From: Negaprion brevirostris
Taxonomy: Eukaryota
DNA: 64,000 nucleotides
Assembly (NCBI GenBank): GCA_030324005.1
Contig: JARDVH010000097.1
Location: forward strand, 61,245,278 to 61,309,277
Reading direction: 5' to 3'
Shown: positions 25,858-36,687 of the stretch, in pieces
How positions within the stretch are numbered: position 1 is the first letter of the stretch
How the letters are laid out: each line of letters starts with the position of its first letter
Notes under the pieces: generated by a model
Database searches by the model: none
What the model was told of the DNA's origin: nothing
The model's input: the letters and a program-made list of their open reading frames with translations, nothing else
Program-made: the position numbers and the translations under genes

Positions 25858-28641
25858 AAGTTAATTAGTTAACAATATTAGTTTTATTATCTCAAGTTTA
25901 ATAAAGCAGAAGTAACTGCGAGCATTAAAAATGAAGAAAGTTGTGCCCCAGTCAATACTGATTATCAGAAAAAGACAGTACAGTTTATATTGTGGCAATT
26001 GATTAGGAAAATTGGAATTTATAAGTGTGTACTGAGGTGCGAATAAAATGTCCTGATCCCAGTCACTCACCTCAGAATAGTTTCACTGCCCTAACAATAT
26101 TTGTAAAGTAATTGAAGTTATACAGTGAAATATTGATTTTGTTTTCACTGTTGTTGAAACTGTAGAAGGAATTCTAATGGTTTCCTAATAGATTCTATTA
26201 AATTCATCTTCACCAAAGTCAGACAACAACAATGGAAGCAACAACCATGTATTTTGCCCATAAAATGCCTTGACTTCATGATGTCCTGGTAAAACAATTG
26301 GCTGGCACTTCCATGGTTAGGGAGTTCACTCTTTAGTGACGGTGAATTCAATGTTGCAATCACACGTGAGGCTTGTCAGTGTTCTCAGCTGTGTGTTTAA
26401 TATAATAATCCCACTGGTGTTAAAATGTCAGATAATTATATGTTCTTTGACGCACCATCCTCATTTTCCTGGGAACAGTGACAGGGGATAGAGGTTGAGC
26501 ACATGATAAGGCAGTCAGTGAGAACCTATACTGACCCAAGTTTGCTGACTCCAATATAATGTGTGTGATGCACATTGTGTTCGTCTGTATTGTCCAGTTT
26601 TGAGGGAGAAGCGACTGAAATGGTGAGAGTTGCAAGAGCTGGGGAATGGAATACTTTCCAGGTCAGCCCAGGCAAAATGCTGATTAAAGCTGGTGTTTAC
26701 ACTGTTTTGGACCTGGAACCATTTTCCACTGGCACATCTGTGGTGGAAACGTTACCCAGTGTTGGTGCTCAGCAGATTATCTTAAGCAGCATGCCCATAC
26801 AGAAAGCACAGAGAGTTCTCTGTCTTTGGCACACACAGAAAATTACCTCAACACCAACCACAGAAAACAAAACCAACTGCACTGGTATGAATCTTCAAAA
26901 CGTTTTGGAATGAAAAACGTTCACGGGAGCTGGTGCACACCAGGTAGTATTAATCAGGCTGCTGAGTATAGATTGCAATATCAGACTCTGCTTGTAGTGG
27001 ATGGCTGAATCACACATTTTGTTTCATTCACTGAGCTGAATTTCTATCCCTTTATGTCCACATTATCATTTTGGTGCATTGCACCCTTGTTTACCAAAAA
27101 CTCCTTAAATTCATTTTCTAACTGGCAGAAGCATTTCATTTATGTCCCAATATTTTGGAATTTAATGCAGATAACAATTGAAAGGAAGGCATACTAACTG
27201 CACAGTGTTCTTATCTATCTATATATTAAAATTAGTATGTCTTGTCATCTGGCCACTCAAAATTTCTATGTGAACTGTACCTCTGTGGCTTTCAAGTATT
27301 AATTCTGTTCCTATGCCTGTAAAAGGTTTTGTGGGTCATTCTTACTGACATGAAAATATGTATTGCAAAAACATACAGTCTGAACAAAGTCAAAGTCTGC
27401 AGTTGCTGAGTCCGATCCAGCAGGACATTAGCATTCCCTCCCATTCTCCTTTTTCCCACCCCTCAGGCTTAGATGAGGGTGCTGAGAGCAAAGCAATGAC
27501 CCAGATTTGTCCCATGGTTATCAGTGAGCTAACACTCAGTAAGGTACGGTGTGACACCTAATTTCAGAAAATCCTGGGGTTGACCTCTTTGACACTTTGC
27601 AGTTGTGCCACCATTTTGTACCTGTAGTTGCACATTTCCAGTTTCTACCTAAGGAGATTGTGAAGAGTGGTGCAGTGCTATAATGCCAATGATTCCCAGG
27701 TATTATGTTGGCTCCAGACTAGACAACATTACTTCTCCTTCAAACCACCACCTTGAATGTATCTCAATTCAGGTGGTGCATTGGACTGAGGCCCAATGTC
27801 ACTCCCGAATTGGATATTCAGAGATGGGAGAATCTCCACCTCTGCAAACTTGACAATTGAATATGTCGGTCAGGGTGGGTTCAATTGCAAGTCAGGAGGA
27901 TGGAGGTTGTGAGGTGCAGAAGTGGGCTGGGTGGAGGGCCTGCCTCTGTGTTCCAGCACAATGCTGAAATTAATTAAAACATTATTAAAACAAAAAGCAT
28001 ACCTCAACCATCACCCTTCACCCCTCCCCAACCTCTTGTTCTCCCATGTCCTATCCATGCCAACCAATGCAACCTCATGTCCTCACCTACTCCCAGATGA
28101 CCCTCCATGCCACCCTGTGGTCCTCACTCATCTTTTTAACCCACTAAGTTAACTCAGTGCTAACTCATATCTACCCAGCCCCCTCCCACCAATTGTCCTA
28201 ATCCCCTCCATGCCAACTTATCTAGTATCCTTCATGGATGGACCTCAGGACTCATGCTGACATTAAATAAAAGTGTGTCCATTGAAGTCATCACTATCTT
28301 CGACCGAAATACTCATTGATTAAAAGAATCGTTGTATGATGGAACTTCCTTCAACCAGTCATTTATGATCACATTTCTATTCTACTGCCATTTGGAGTTA
28401 TCAATTAATGTTCTCACTTTACAGACATCCCACTGTGATAATGTTTGTTTAAAAATCAGTTATTGTAGCACAAATCCTGTAATGGTACCCCTGATTCCTA
28501 AATTGCTGAAGAATGTTCAATCATTTAGATATAGCTAGCTTGAATATTTTACATACCTAGAAAATTCCTGTTTACCTTCAGTGGTTTCTACTGTTGGTTC
28601 AATAAGTTTGTGCACACATTTAAATATTTTAACTTTTTCAG

Positions 28642-28827
28642 GTGACTGTCACCGTGTCAAGTATCTGTCGTGGTGATCTTGAAATTTCTCTCACCTCTCC
28701 ATATGGTACCAAATCCAAACTGCTTGCAGTTCGTCTCACTGATGAAAGCCAGATAGGCCTGAAAAATTGGACATTCATGACTGTTCATCTTTGGGGAGAG
28801 AAACCTGAAGGAGTTTGGGTTCTTACG
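28642..28827 (+). CDS. Internal exon of the proprotein convertase (P-domain core)
   Basis: Acceptor ctttttcAG, donor GTgagt; 186 bp, phase 0 to 0. VTVTVSSICRGDLEISLTSPYGTKSKLLAVRLTDESQIGLKNWTFMTVHLWGEKPEGVWVLT contains the RGDL, SP.GT.S.LL and W.FMT.H.WGE.P.G.W.L signatures. Confidence 0.96.
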
Positions 28828-29062
28828 GTGAGTACAGTTATTTTATTCTTCTCACTTGACGTGTTGATTGTCAGAATCTTCCTGTCTTACTTTCAACTTG
28901 TACATGCATTGATTCAGCCAACAGAGTAAAACATGGCATTCAACAGAATCTCTGCCTGTTTTCATTCATACATCAGTTAAAACAAGAAAGAAAGACATTC
29001 TTCATTTGCAACCTTGAGATGCCGTAAAATGTTTCACAAGCAACTAAATACTTTTGAAGTGT

Positions 29063-29720
29063 AGGGCAGGATCTTGAGCCCGCAATTGCTGTCCATGGGA
29101 TTGGCAACAGGACTCAATATCCAACGAAACCTAGAATTCGCAAATCATGCCGAACAAATTGCAACTTCTGATTTTCGCTCCCACTTGCCAGCAACATAAT
29201 CGAGTGTGATCCTGATGTACATACATTTCCATATAATTAAAAACTCTCCACCAGATATTGAGCCCCTGTCGTATTTTCACACATCGGCAAGGTTTACAAC
29301 AGGTTCATCCAGACATGAACCTGTCGTGGGCATCCTCCCGGTGGGTGTAAAGGTGAATGCAGCCCGCATGGAGAGGGACATAGCCAGGCAGTGGCCCAGA
29401 CACTGCCTCCTGGCATAGGCTGGCACCATGCCAGAGCCAGACCCCAGTGGGAGCCTCATGTTGGGGGGCAGAACTCATTTATATGTGGTGGTGGACAAGA
29501 GTGGACATGGGAATTGGGGATGCCATTGATGGCTGTTTGTGGAGGAGGTGGGAGCCAACAATGGATACATGCTGGCTCCAATTGGGAGCGGGAGGAGGGG
29601 AGCCCCTGAGACCTCAATGGTGGCATTGGTGGTAGAATAATTTATGCTTTGATCAGGGTGCCCTTTAAACATGTGGCCCTGATCTCAGTGCAGCCTGTCT
29701 TTGCCAGCGCACTGAGATTA
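29063..29720. mobile_element. GC-rich Harbinger-like non-autonomous element (partial)
   Basis: Begins GGGCAGGATCTT; GC-rich ggca/tgcc interior similar to 8901-9963. Right end not identified. Confidence 0.45.
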
Positions 29721-29820
29721 TTTTCCCTTATTCAACTCATCACCAGAAAAATGTTTCTGTCTACCATATCAGTTTATTTCAAAATTCTTTAAAATAAAAC
29801 GCTCAATCACATCACCTATT

Positions 29821-29956
29821 GGATGCAATCTCACCACCCATTCACACCGCGCTACTGCTGCAGTGTGGTCAGGGAATTTGGCAACCAGCCAAATCTCCAT
29901 TCACTGCAGTGGGATGGGAAAATCCTGCCAGCGTGAACAGTGGTAAGATTACATCC
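29821..29956. mobile_element. Short Harbinger-like MITE
   Basis: Ends GGATGCAATCTCACCAC and GTGGTAAGATTACATCC are complementary at 15/17. Confidence 0.65.
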
Positions 29957-30039
29957 ATTAATCTTCCATATTCTGGATAATAAAAGACTAACTTATGTAT
30001 TCTCTCTTCATACCTAATCCTTGTAGCCCTGGTAAAATA

Positions 30040-31590
30040 CAGATGAATCACCAATGTACTGAATACAGCAAAAGCTATGGACCCTGACAAAGCCTTGCTG
30101 TAGCACTGAAAATCTGTGCTCTAGATCAGCGATCTCCAAACTCTGATCCGGATGTGCCCACGGACCATAGTTTGGAGACCCCTGATCTCAATCATAGCTT
30201 ATTCAGTACAGTACAGTACAGTACATTTACAACTCTGGCATCTACCCAACAATGTGGAAAATTACCCAGGTAATTCCTGTCCACAAAAGTAGGAATAAAT
30301 TCAATCTAGCCAATTACTGCCTGATGGAAGGTATTGTCGACAGTGCTTTCAGGCAGCACTTAGTCAGCAATAATCTGCTCATCAGTAACCAATCTGGATT
30401 CCACGGCTTCAGGCCTTGGTCCAAACATGAACAGAAGAACTGAATTCCAGAGGCGAGGTGAGAGTGACTGCTCTTAACAGCAAAGCAGAGTTTAACCAAA
30501 TGTGGCATCCAGGAGCCCTTGTATAATTGAACTCGGTACGAATTATGGGGGAAACTCTCCACTGGCAGGAGTAATACTGAGCACAAAGGAAAATGGTGGT
30601 GGTTATTGGAGGTCATTCTTCTCAGCCACAGGACTGCAAGAATTCCTCAATGCTGTATCCTACCATCCATCTTCTGCTGCTTCATCATTGACCATCTCTG
30701 CTTCATAAGGTCAGATGTAAGGATGAATGTGCAGCATTCAGTTCCATTCGCAATTCTTCAGGCAATGAAGGAATGCAGCAAGACCTAAACAATATTTAGG
30801 GTTGAGTTGGTAACTGGCAGGTAACGGTCATACAACGCAAGTGCCAGGCAATGGTTATCTACAACAAAATAGAATTTAACCAATTCCCTTTGTCATTTAA
30901 TGACTCAACCATTGCCAAATTCCCCACCATCAATGTCCTGTGGGTTACCAATGATCAGAAACTTAAATGGTCCAGCATATAAATGTTCTGGCTGCAAGTA
31001 CAGGTCAGAGGCTGGGTATTCTGTGGTGTGACACTTCCCTCCTGACTCTCAAAGCCTTTCCACCATCTATGAGGCCAAAGCTGGGAGCGTGATGGAATAT
31101 TCTCCAAATGCCTGGGTGAGTGCAGCTTCAACACTCAAGAAGCTCCACATCATGCAAGATAAAGCAGCCAGTTTAGCTGGCACACCATTTCACCAGCTTA
31201 AGCATCCACCATTGTCAATTAATGGCTGTAGTATGCACCATTGATTAGATTCACCCCAGCTACTCATTAAGGCTTTTTTTTAAATGCCATCTTCCAAACT
31301 GGTAACCTCTGCCACCTAGGAGAATAAGAGCAGATCCTATATGAGAACACTGACACCTCCAAGCTCCTCTTCAAGTCACATTTTACCTGAACTGGAAATA
31401 GGTCATCAGTCCTTCATCGTCATTGGGTCAAAATCCTCAAGCTCCCTCCCCAACAACTCTGTGGGAATTCCTATACCATATGCACTGCAGCGGTTGAAGA
31501 AGATGGTGTACCACTACCTTCTCAATGGTAATTAGATTGGCAATAAATATTGGCATTATCAACGATACCAATATCTTGTGAGTAAATAAA
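30040..31590 (+). mobile_element. Degenerate CR1/L2-clade LINE (RT to 3' end)
   Basis: MWKITQVIPVHK...ANY, NNLL...QSGF and F..MWH RT remnants; the 3' tail ctccctccccaaca...ctgcagcggttgaagaag...caataaat recurs elsewhere in the window. Confidence 0.8.
30127..30184. mobile_element. 58-bp hAT-type mini-MITE nested in a LINE
   Basis: TIRs CAGCGATCTCCAAACT and (reverse complement) CAGGGGTCTCCAAACT match at 14/16; flanks ctctagat / atctcaat. Confidence 0.72.
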
Positions 31591-31934
31591 AACTTTACCA
31601 CCTCCAAGGCCAATAAATCCTTTCTAAGGTGAAATGTGCAGACCTGTGCACACTACCCCAGATGTGAACTAAACAAAGCTCTGTATAGCTACAACAAAAC
31701 TTCATCCCTTTGTTTTCTAGTCCTAAAGTTATAGAGGTTAATATTCCATGAACATCTTTGTTTTTTTTTTAACCACTCANNNNNNNNNNNNNNNNNNNNN
31801 NNNNNNNNNNNNNNNNNNNNNNNNNNNNNNNNNNNNNNNNNNNNNNNNNNNNNNNNNNNNNNNNNNNNNNNNNNNNNNNTAATATTCCATGAACATCTTT
31901 GTTTTTTTATTAAGTGCTTGAATATGGTAGATTT

Positions 31935-32610
31935 GTAAAGTGCAGCATCTCTGGAGAGAGAAACAGAGTTAACATTTTGGGTCAATAGTGACTCTTCGGC
32001 AGAATTGAAGGGAGTTAGAATTGTCATGGATTGAAAGGAAGATGAGGAGATGGAATAAAAAGGAAGCTCTGGAATAGAGGGTGGTAGAGGTTAAATAAGA
32101 AAGAGATAATGGAACAAAAGGTAATGGTCGTCGTAAAGAAGTAAAACATTGGTCTAGAGTGAGTGTTAATGATAGGTCCATGTGCATCTGGAGACAAAAC
32201 CATGAAAGCAAGAGAAAGACTTTCAGTTAGGGAGAAAAAAATCAAAATGGAGTTCACGTCTGATGTTGTTGGACTCGGTGTTGAGTCCAGATGACACTGT
32301 CGCTAATCAGAAGTTGAGCTTCAGTGGAATATTGCAGCAGGACAAGGACAGACATTTTAGTGCAAGAGCAAAGTGATGAATTCAGATGGCAAACAACCGA
32401 AAAGTTAGTGTCACGGTTGTGGACTGAGTGGCTGCATTCCACAAAGCAATCACCCAGTCTGTGTTTGGTCTCCCTGGTCTAGAGGAGATCACATTGGGAG
32501 TAGCAAGTATAGTGTACTAAGCTGGAAGAAGTACAAGTAGATCATTGCTTCACCTGGAAAAAGTGCTTTGAGGCTTTAAATGGTAAAAAGAGCAGAGGTA
32601 AAAGGGCTCT
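31935..32610 (-). mobile_element. Penelope-like retroelement remnant (GIY-YIG endonuclease and terminal repeat)
   Basis: Reverse translation of ~32440-32560 gives FQVKQ*STCTSSSLVHYTCYSQCDLL*TRETKHRLGDCF, a decayed GIY-YIG motif (FTC.S..LVY.I.C..C...YIGET.R.L..RF). Confidence 0.82.
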
Positions 32611-32924
32611 AATTCTGAAATCTGTGTACAGAGTCTTCTAAATCTCTTTGACCTCCAATATTTCTAGCCTTTCACCATTTAATTAATATTTGGCTCTTTC
32701 CATAGGGTGACTAGACCACTCCATCTCTGGGGGCTACCCTGATCTAAAGCACTGAACCTCAAGGCTGCTCAACCACTTGATCTACAAATACATTTAAGAC
32801 TGCCAATAACAACAAATTAACTGCAAATTGGAGATCTTTATCTTAACTTACTGGGAACTTATTAAAGAAACACAGTTGATCTGAGTAAAGGGGATGGAGT
32901 CCAGTAGATTTGTTGTATTTGGTT

Positions 32925-33122
32925 CACAAACAGAAAATGCTGGAAAATCTCAGCAGGTCTGACAGCGTCTGTGGAGAGAGAATAGAACTCATGTTTTGAG
33001 TTCAGATAACCCTTGGTTAGAGCTCAGCTCTCCACAGATGCTGTCAGACCTGCTGAGGTTTACCAGCATTTTCTGTTTTTGTTTCTGATTCCAGCATTCG
33101 CAGTATTCTGCCTTTACCATAG
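32925..33122. mobile_element. Penelope-type hairpin element
   Basis: ~50-bp inverted arms (aaacagaaaatgctgg...tctgtggagag / ctctccacaga...ccagcattttctgttt); TSD TGTTGTATTTGGTT / TGTTACATTTGGTT (12/14). Confidence 0.8.
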
Positions 33123-34185
33123 TGTTACATTTGGTTGTTGGTTCCACAACTTACAAAACTGATGAAGGTTGCAAGTAGATCAAGCTATGGTGACATCACT
33201 TGCAGTTGACACATAAAATTAAAAGCAACACTAATTTTGTTAAACATTTGGAAATACTTATTTAACATGCTTCCAAATGCACAGTGGAATAACAGTGGAA
33301 TGTATGATTGCAGTGCACGTCAAAAATAATGGCTCTCCTTGTTCCCAGTACAAAGAGAAAGATGTACCAAACACATTTTAATGAAACTCTTGCTTCATTA
33401 AAACAAAACACATCATCAGCCATACCCTTAAAGAGTCAAAAATACAATGCATGATTATATCTACTCTTTTGTTAAAAATTGCTCAATGAACGTCAAATTG
33501 CAAATTCTTGTAAATGACCCAGGAACGGTTTTGGAGAAGGAGCTGATGGCATCATCAGGAGCGATTGGCTCAGAAGGGTTACTAAACTCAATACGGTGAG
33601 GCAGCTGAATTAACATGTAGAATTATCCCAGGATAATGAATATAGCACTGATATTAATTCAACTCCTTCGCAAACATCATCTGAGCCTAAAGATTGATTT
33701 GCTGCTGAAGTCATTGCCAAGTCATTTCAATATGTACCAGCCAATAATTTCTCATCAACCAACAAGAAAGAATTGCTCGGTAAACTCCCTTGATGTCACA
33801 GTCATGATGTTGGTATAAAGATCATCCCTTGCCGGTAATATAGAACACACACACAATCATTAGTAGCATAGGTGCAGAACCAAAACAACCTCATCAAATC
33901 AACAGTGGATCTTGTGACTGCAAAATATGGCTCCATAGCACTACTGATGACAACGCTGTGGAGTCTGAAACTTCAAAAGTACTGGTGCTTCCAAATACTG
34001 TTCACACAGTACACATTGACTATAAGAGCACTAATGAGAATCGTGGCTAGATTGTGGAACTGAATATTAGCGGCATTTTAATAAGCCCCAAAGGCAGTCA
34101 CTTGATTGGCTGCAAGCAGCAGAAAGTGGCCCTGGGTCTTACCACACTGAAGCAGGGTCAGCTCTGGTGACAAGACTTCACCCTT

Positions 34186-35001
34186 TGTTATGGTTCAGGT
34201 TAGAAACTTCAAAATGTTTTATGAAGCCTGCCTGAATCATAACTTTTACATCTTGAATTTGGCTAGGTTAACCGTGAGATATTTCACTTCAAGTATGATT
34301 CAAGTGACCCACTAGAAAGCTCTTATCAAACAAAATGTATTTAAGAATATAATTAATGTGTATAGTCAGGAAATTAGCAAGAACTTTTATCAATTTCAAA
34401 CAATCATGATAATGTATAACCCTTAAAAAAGATATCTACAATGTTCCAATCAAATCAATACCATAAACAAAAGACCCTTTTCACAGTTTAACACAGCACA
34501 GACTAATATTCACATCATACTGGAAATTGAGTCTTTTGGTTGGAGAATTGAAAACTCTCTGTCTTAATATGCTCAGAACAGGTTGAAGATAAGACAGCTT
34601 CACAAAACACCAGAGAAACTCTCATCCAGCCCCCAGCAGTGAACATAGCAGCAGCCAAGCAAAGTGAAAGCATTTCACCTGGAAGTACCATGATGATTCC
34701 TTTAGATACTACTTGTGGGGGCAGCATGGGGAAACCAAACCAAATTTTCACCCTTCAGAAAAGAACAGAATTTTTTAAAAAACAAAGAGAGAGACAGACT
34801 TCTCTTTTATCTTGATACTTCTAATCTCCAATTTCAAAACTGAAACTGAAAATGAACTCCTGTCACCTAACCTGCCCAGTTTTTTCCTTCGTCTCATCCA
34901 TGATATCACCTAAGGCTGTGAGGATGATAAACACTGACTATGAGAACTGCAGAGATCATGATTAAAGAAAAATCACTTCTTAAAGGTACACTAATGTCAC
35001 C
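34186..35001. mobile_element. Probable solo LTR
   Basis: Starts TGTTA and ends TGTCAC(C). Flanked by direct repeat CCTT (CCCTT at 34181-34185 and 35001-35005). About 815 bp and non-coding. Confidence 0.6.
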
Positions 35002-35299
35002 CCTTAGACATCAAATTCAGCCCTTGATGCCAGACAAAGACTAACAGCGATTCAGCGCACAAATGGACATTTAGGACCTCAAGTGCTGTTAGTATTGTCA
35101 TTTAATCACTCCTAAATGAGGGGTTTCCCCATGCTGTCCCCACAAATAGTATCTAAAGGAATCATCTTGTGCTTCCAGGTGAATTGTTTTCACTTTGCTT
35201 GGCTGCTGCTATGTTCACTGTTCTTAGAGAAGTTTGGAAAACATTGGATTTACAAGGAAGTAGTGCTGGTCTTTGGCAGTGAGGTCAGAGGAATTGGAA

Positions 35300-35700
35300 G
35301 GTCTGTCAAGTGAAAACCTGTGTCAACAATGGAGTCGTAAAGTTGCTGCCTTCTTGGCTGCAGCTTGAATGGGGATGAAGCTCAAGCAGTAAGAGGGAAA
35401 GATGCATGCAGAGGAAGGAGGAGGGCTGTCAGTAGAAGATTGTCCCCCTGTACCCACCCCCCACACCCAAAACCCAGGGTCCTCAGGATGCACTTGTCTT
35501 CCCTTTGCCTTAGCAGGAAAGTGTCTGAGGTGGCTACCATTCACCAAGAAGGTAGTGGTGACCGAATTGTGCCATCTCTGTACAAAGCAGAGTGAGAATT
35601 GTGTTGTCAGTGGCTGTCATTATCACTGTGGTCCATTGTTTCTGTATTCCTCCAGGTGGGAACAGGTGACATTTTTAATATTGCATGGTTCACCTTGCAC
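35300..35700 (+). mobile_element. Harbinger (HARBI1-like) transposase N-terminal remnant
   Basis: Frameshifted pieces PRVLRMHLSSLCLS / KCLRWLPFTKKVVVTELCHL / RIVLSVAVIITV / GTGDIFNIA resemble the Harbinger transposase N-terminus (C.RRLRFTKE.V.E.C.L ... L.VAVKVT ... GD..IS). Confidence 0.55.
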
Positions 35701-36139
35701 CATGGTATCAACAAGAGGACAAAGGCCCTGAAGACGGAGAGGAAACCTCACTGTCTTCTCTCTTAATGCAGGAGCAGAGGAAATGGACATTAGGCTTTGC
35801 CAGGCTAACAGGATTCCTAATGGGCCCCACATGTTAGTAAAAAGATGCATTGCAACCAGAAGGGTTACTATTCCATCAAACTGCAGTAGGAATGTGACCG
35901 TGCTCAAGGACCTACTTGGTGAATTTCAGCTATCCTGGCAGCAGCCATGACACAATCATCCTGCACCAGTCAGCCACACCATCAGCTTTTGAGTTGGGGG
36001 TCACCTGTCAATGGCAGCAGCAAGTGCTCTCTGAGACTGGGCCTTGCTCTGCAGTCCCTCAGCCATAGCCTGTCTTTCTGTCCATCCTTGGGGTTTTTAT
36101 GGAGCTTTCCTTTTTTTGAGCAGATCAGTTGGAGGAAGT

Positions 36140-36687
36140 TTGGGTGAGTCATGCGCCTATTAGAACATCACAGCGGGTTTAATGCAGGTTGCCTTGTTAC
36201 CACGAAGGGGAAACTAAGTCAGCACTTACAGGCATGCTGATGAAGGGGAGTGGGGTGGGATTTGTGCCTCTATGATGATTGGGGCAGAGGCGAGAGAGAT
36301 GGTATGTCAGTCAGCCATCGGGGCCAGGACATTGATGAAAGGGCCATGTGCAAGGGAGTTGGGGAGGTAAGGGGGGTCAAAAATGTTGGGGCTGCGGTCC
36401 CCAATGTCCATGGGGGGGAGGGGGAGGCTTGGGATGTTTTGCCAGCAGAGTTGCTTTTTTTTTCACTTTCCTGCGCATGTGCAGTTTGTGGCTCTGTTCT
36501 GAGCTGCGAGCTGTCTGGGGAGTTAGAGCCCACCCGTTGCCTCTAGTGGCTAGAAACAGTCTAGCCCACTTTTTCAAAGACTGAGTGTGTAAGATTGGGC
36601 ATGAAAACTCACCTGAAAAACGAATCAGGAACTCTCCCATTTTCACACTAGCTGGACACTTAGATAAAATCTTATAGAATTCTGCCT
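36140..36687. mobile_element. GC-rich non-autonomous TIR element (Harbinger-like, partial)
   Basis: Ends TAGAATTCTGCC, a terminal motif shared with other GC-rich elements in the window; G-rich interior. Confidence 0.45.

Noticed and set aside
26575-26913. 112-aa ORF in non-repetitive-looking sequence
   Set aside because: No recognisable motif, non-ATG start and no convincing splice signals; the length is attainable by chance.
31739-31910. Direct repeat TAATATTCCATGAACATCTTTGTTTTTTT on both sides of a 100-N gap
   Set aside because: Most likely an unmerged contig overlap (assembly artefact), not a biological duplication.
33523-33595. Exon-like segment (cccAG...GTgagg) in the large intron
   Set aside because: The flanking exons join in phase 0 to give a continuous P-domain. 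This 73-bp segment has a stop in phase 0 and would shift the frame.
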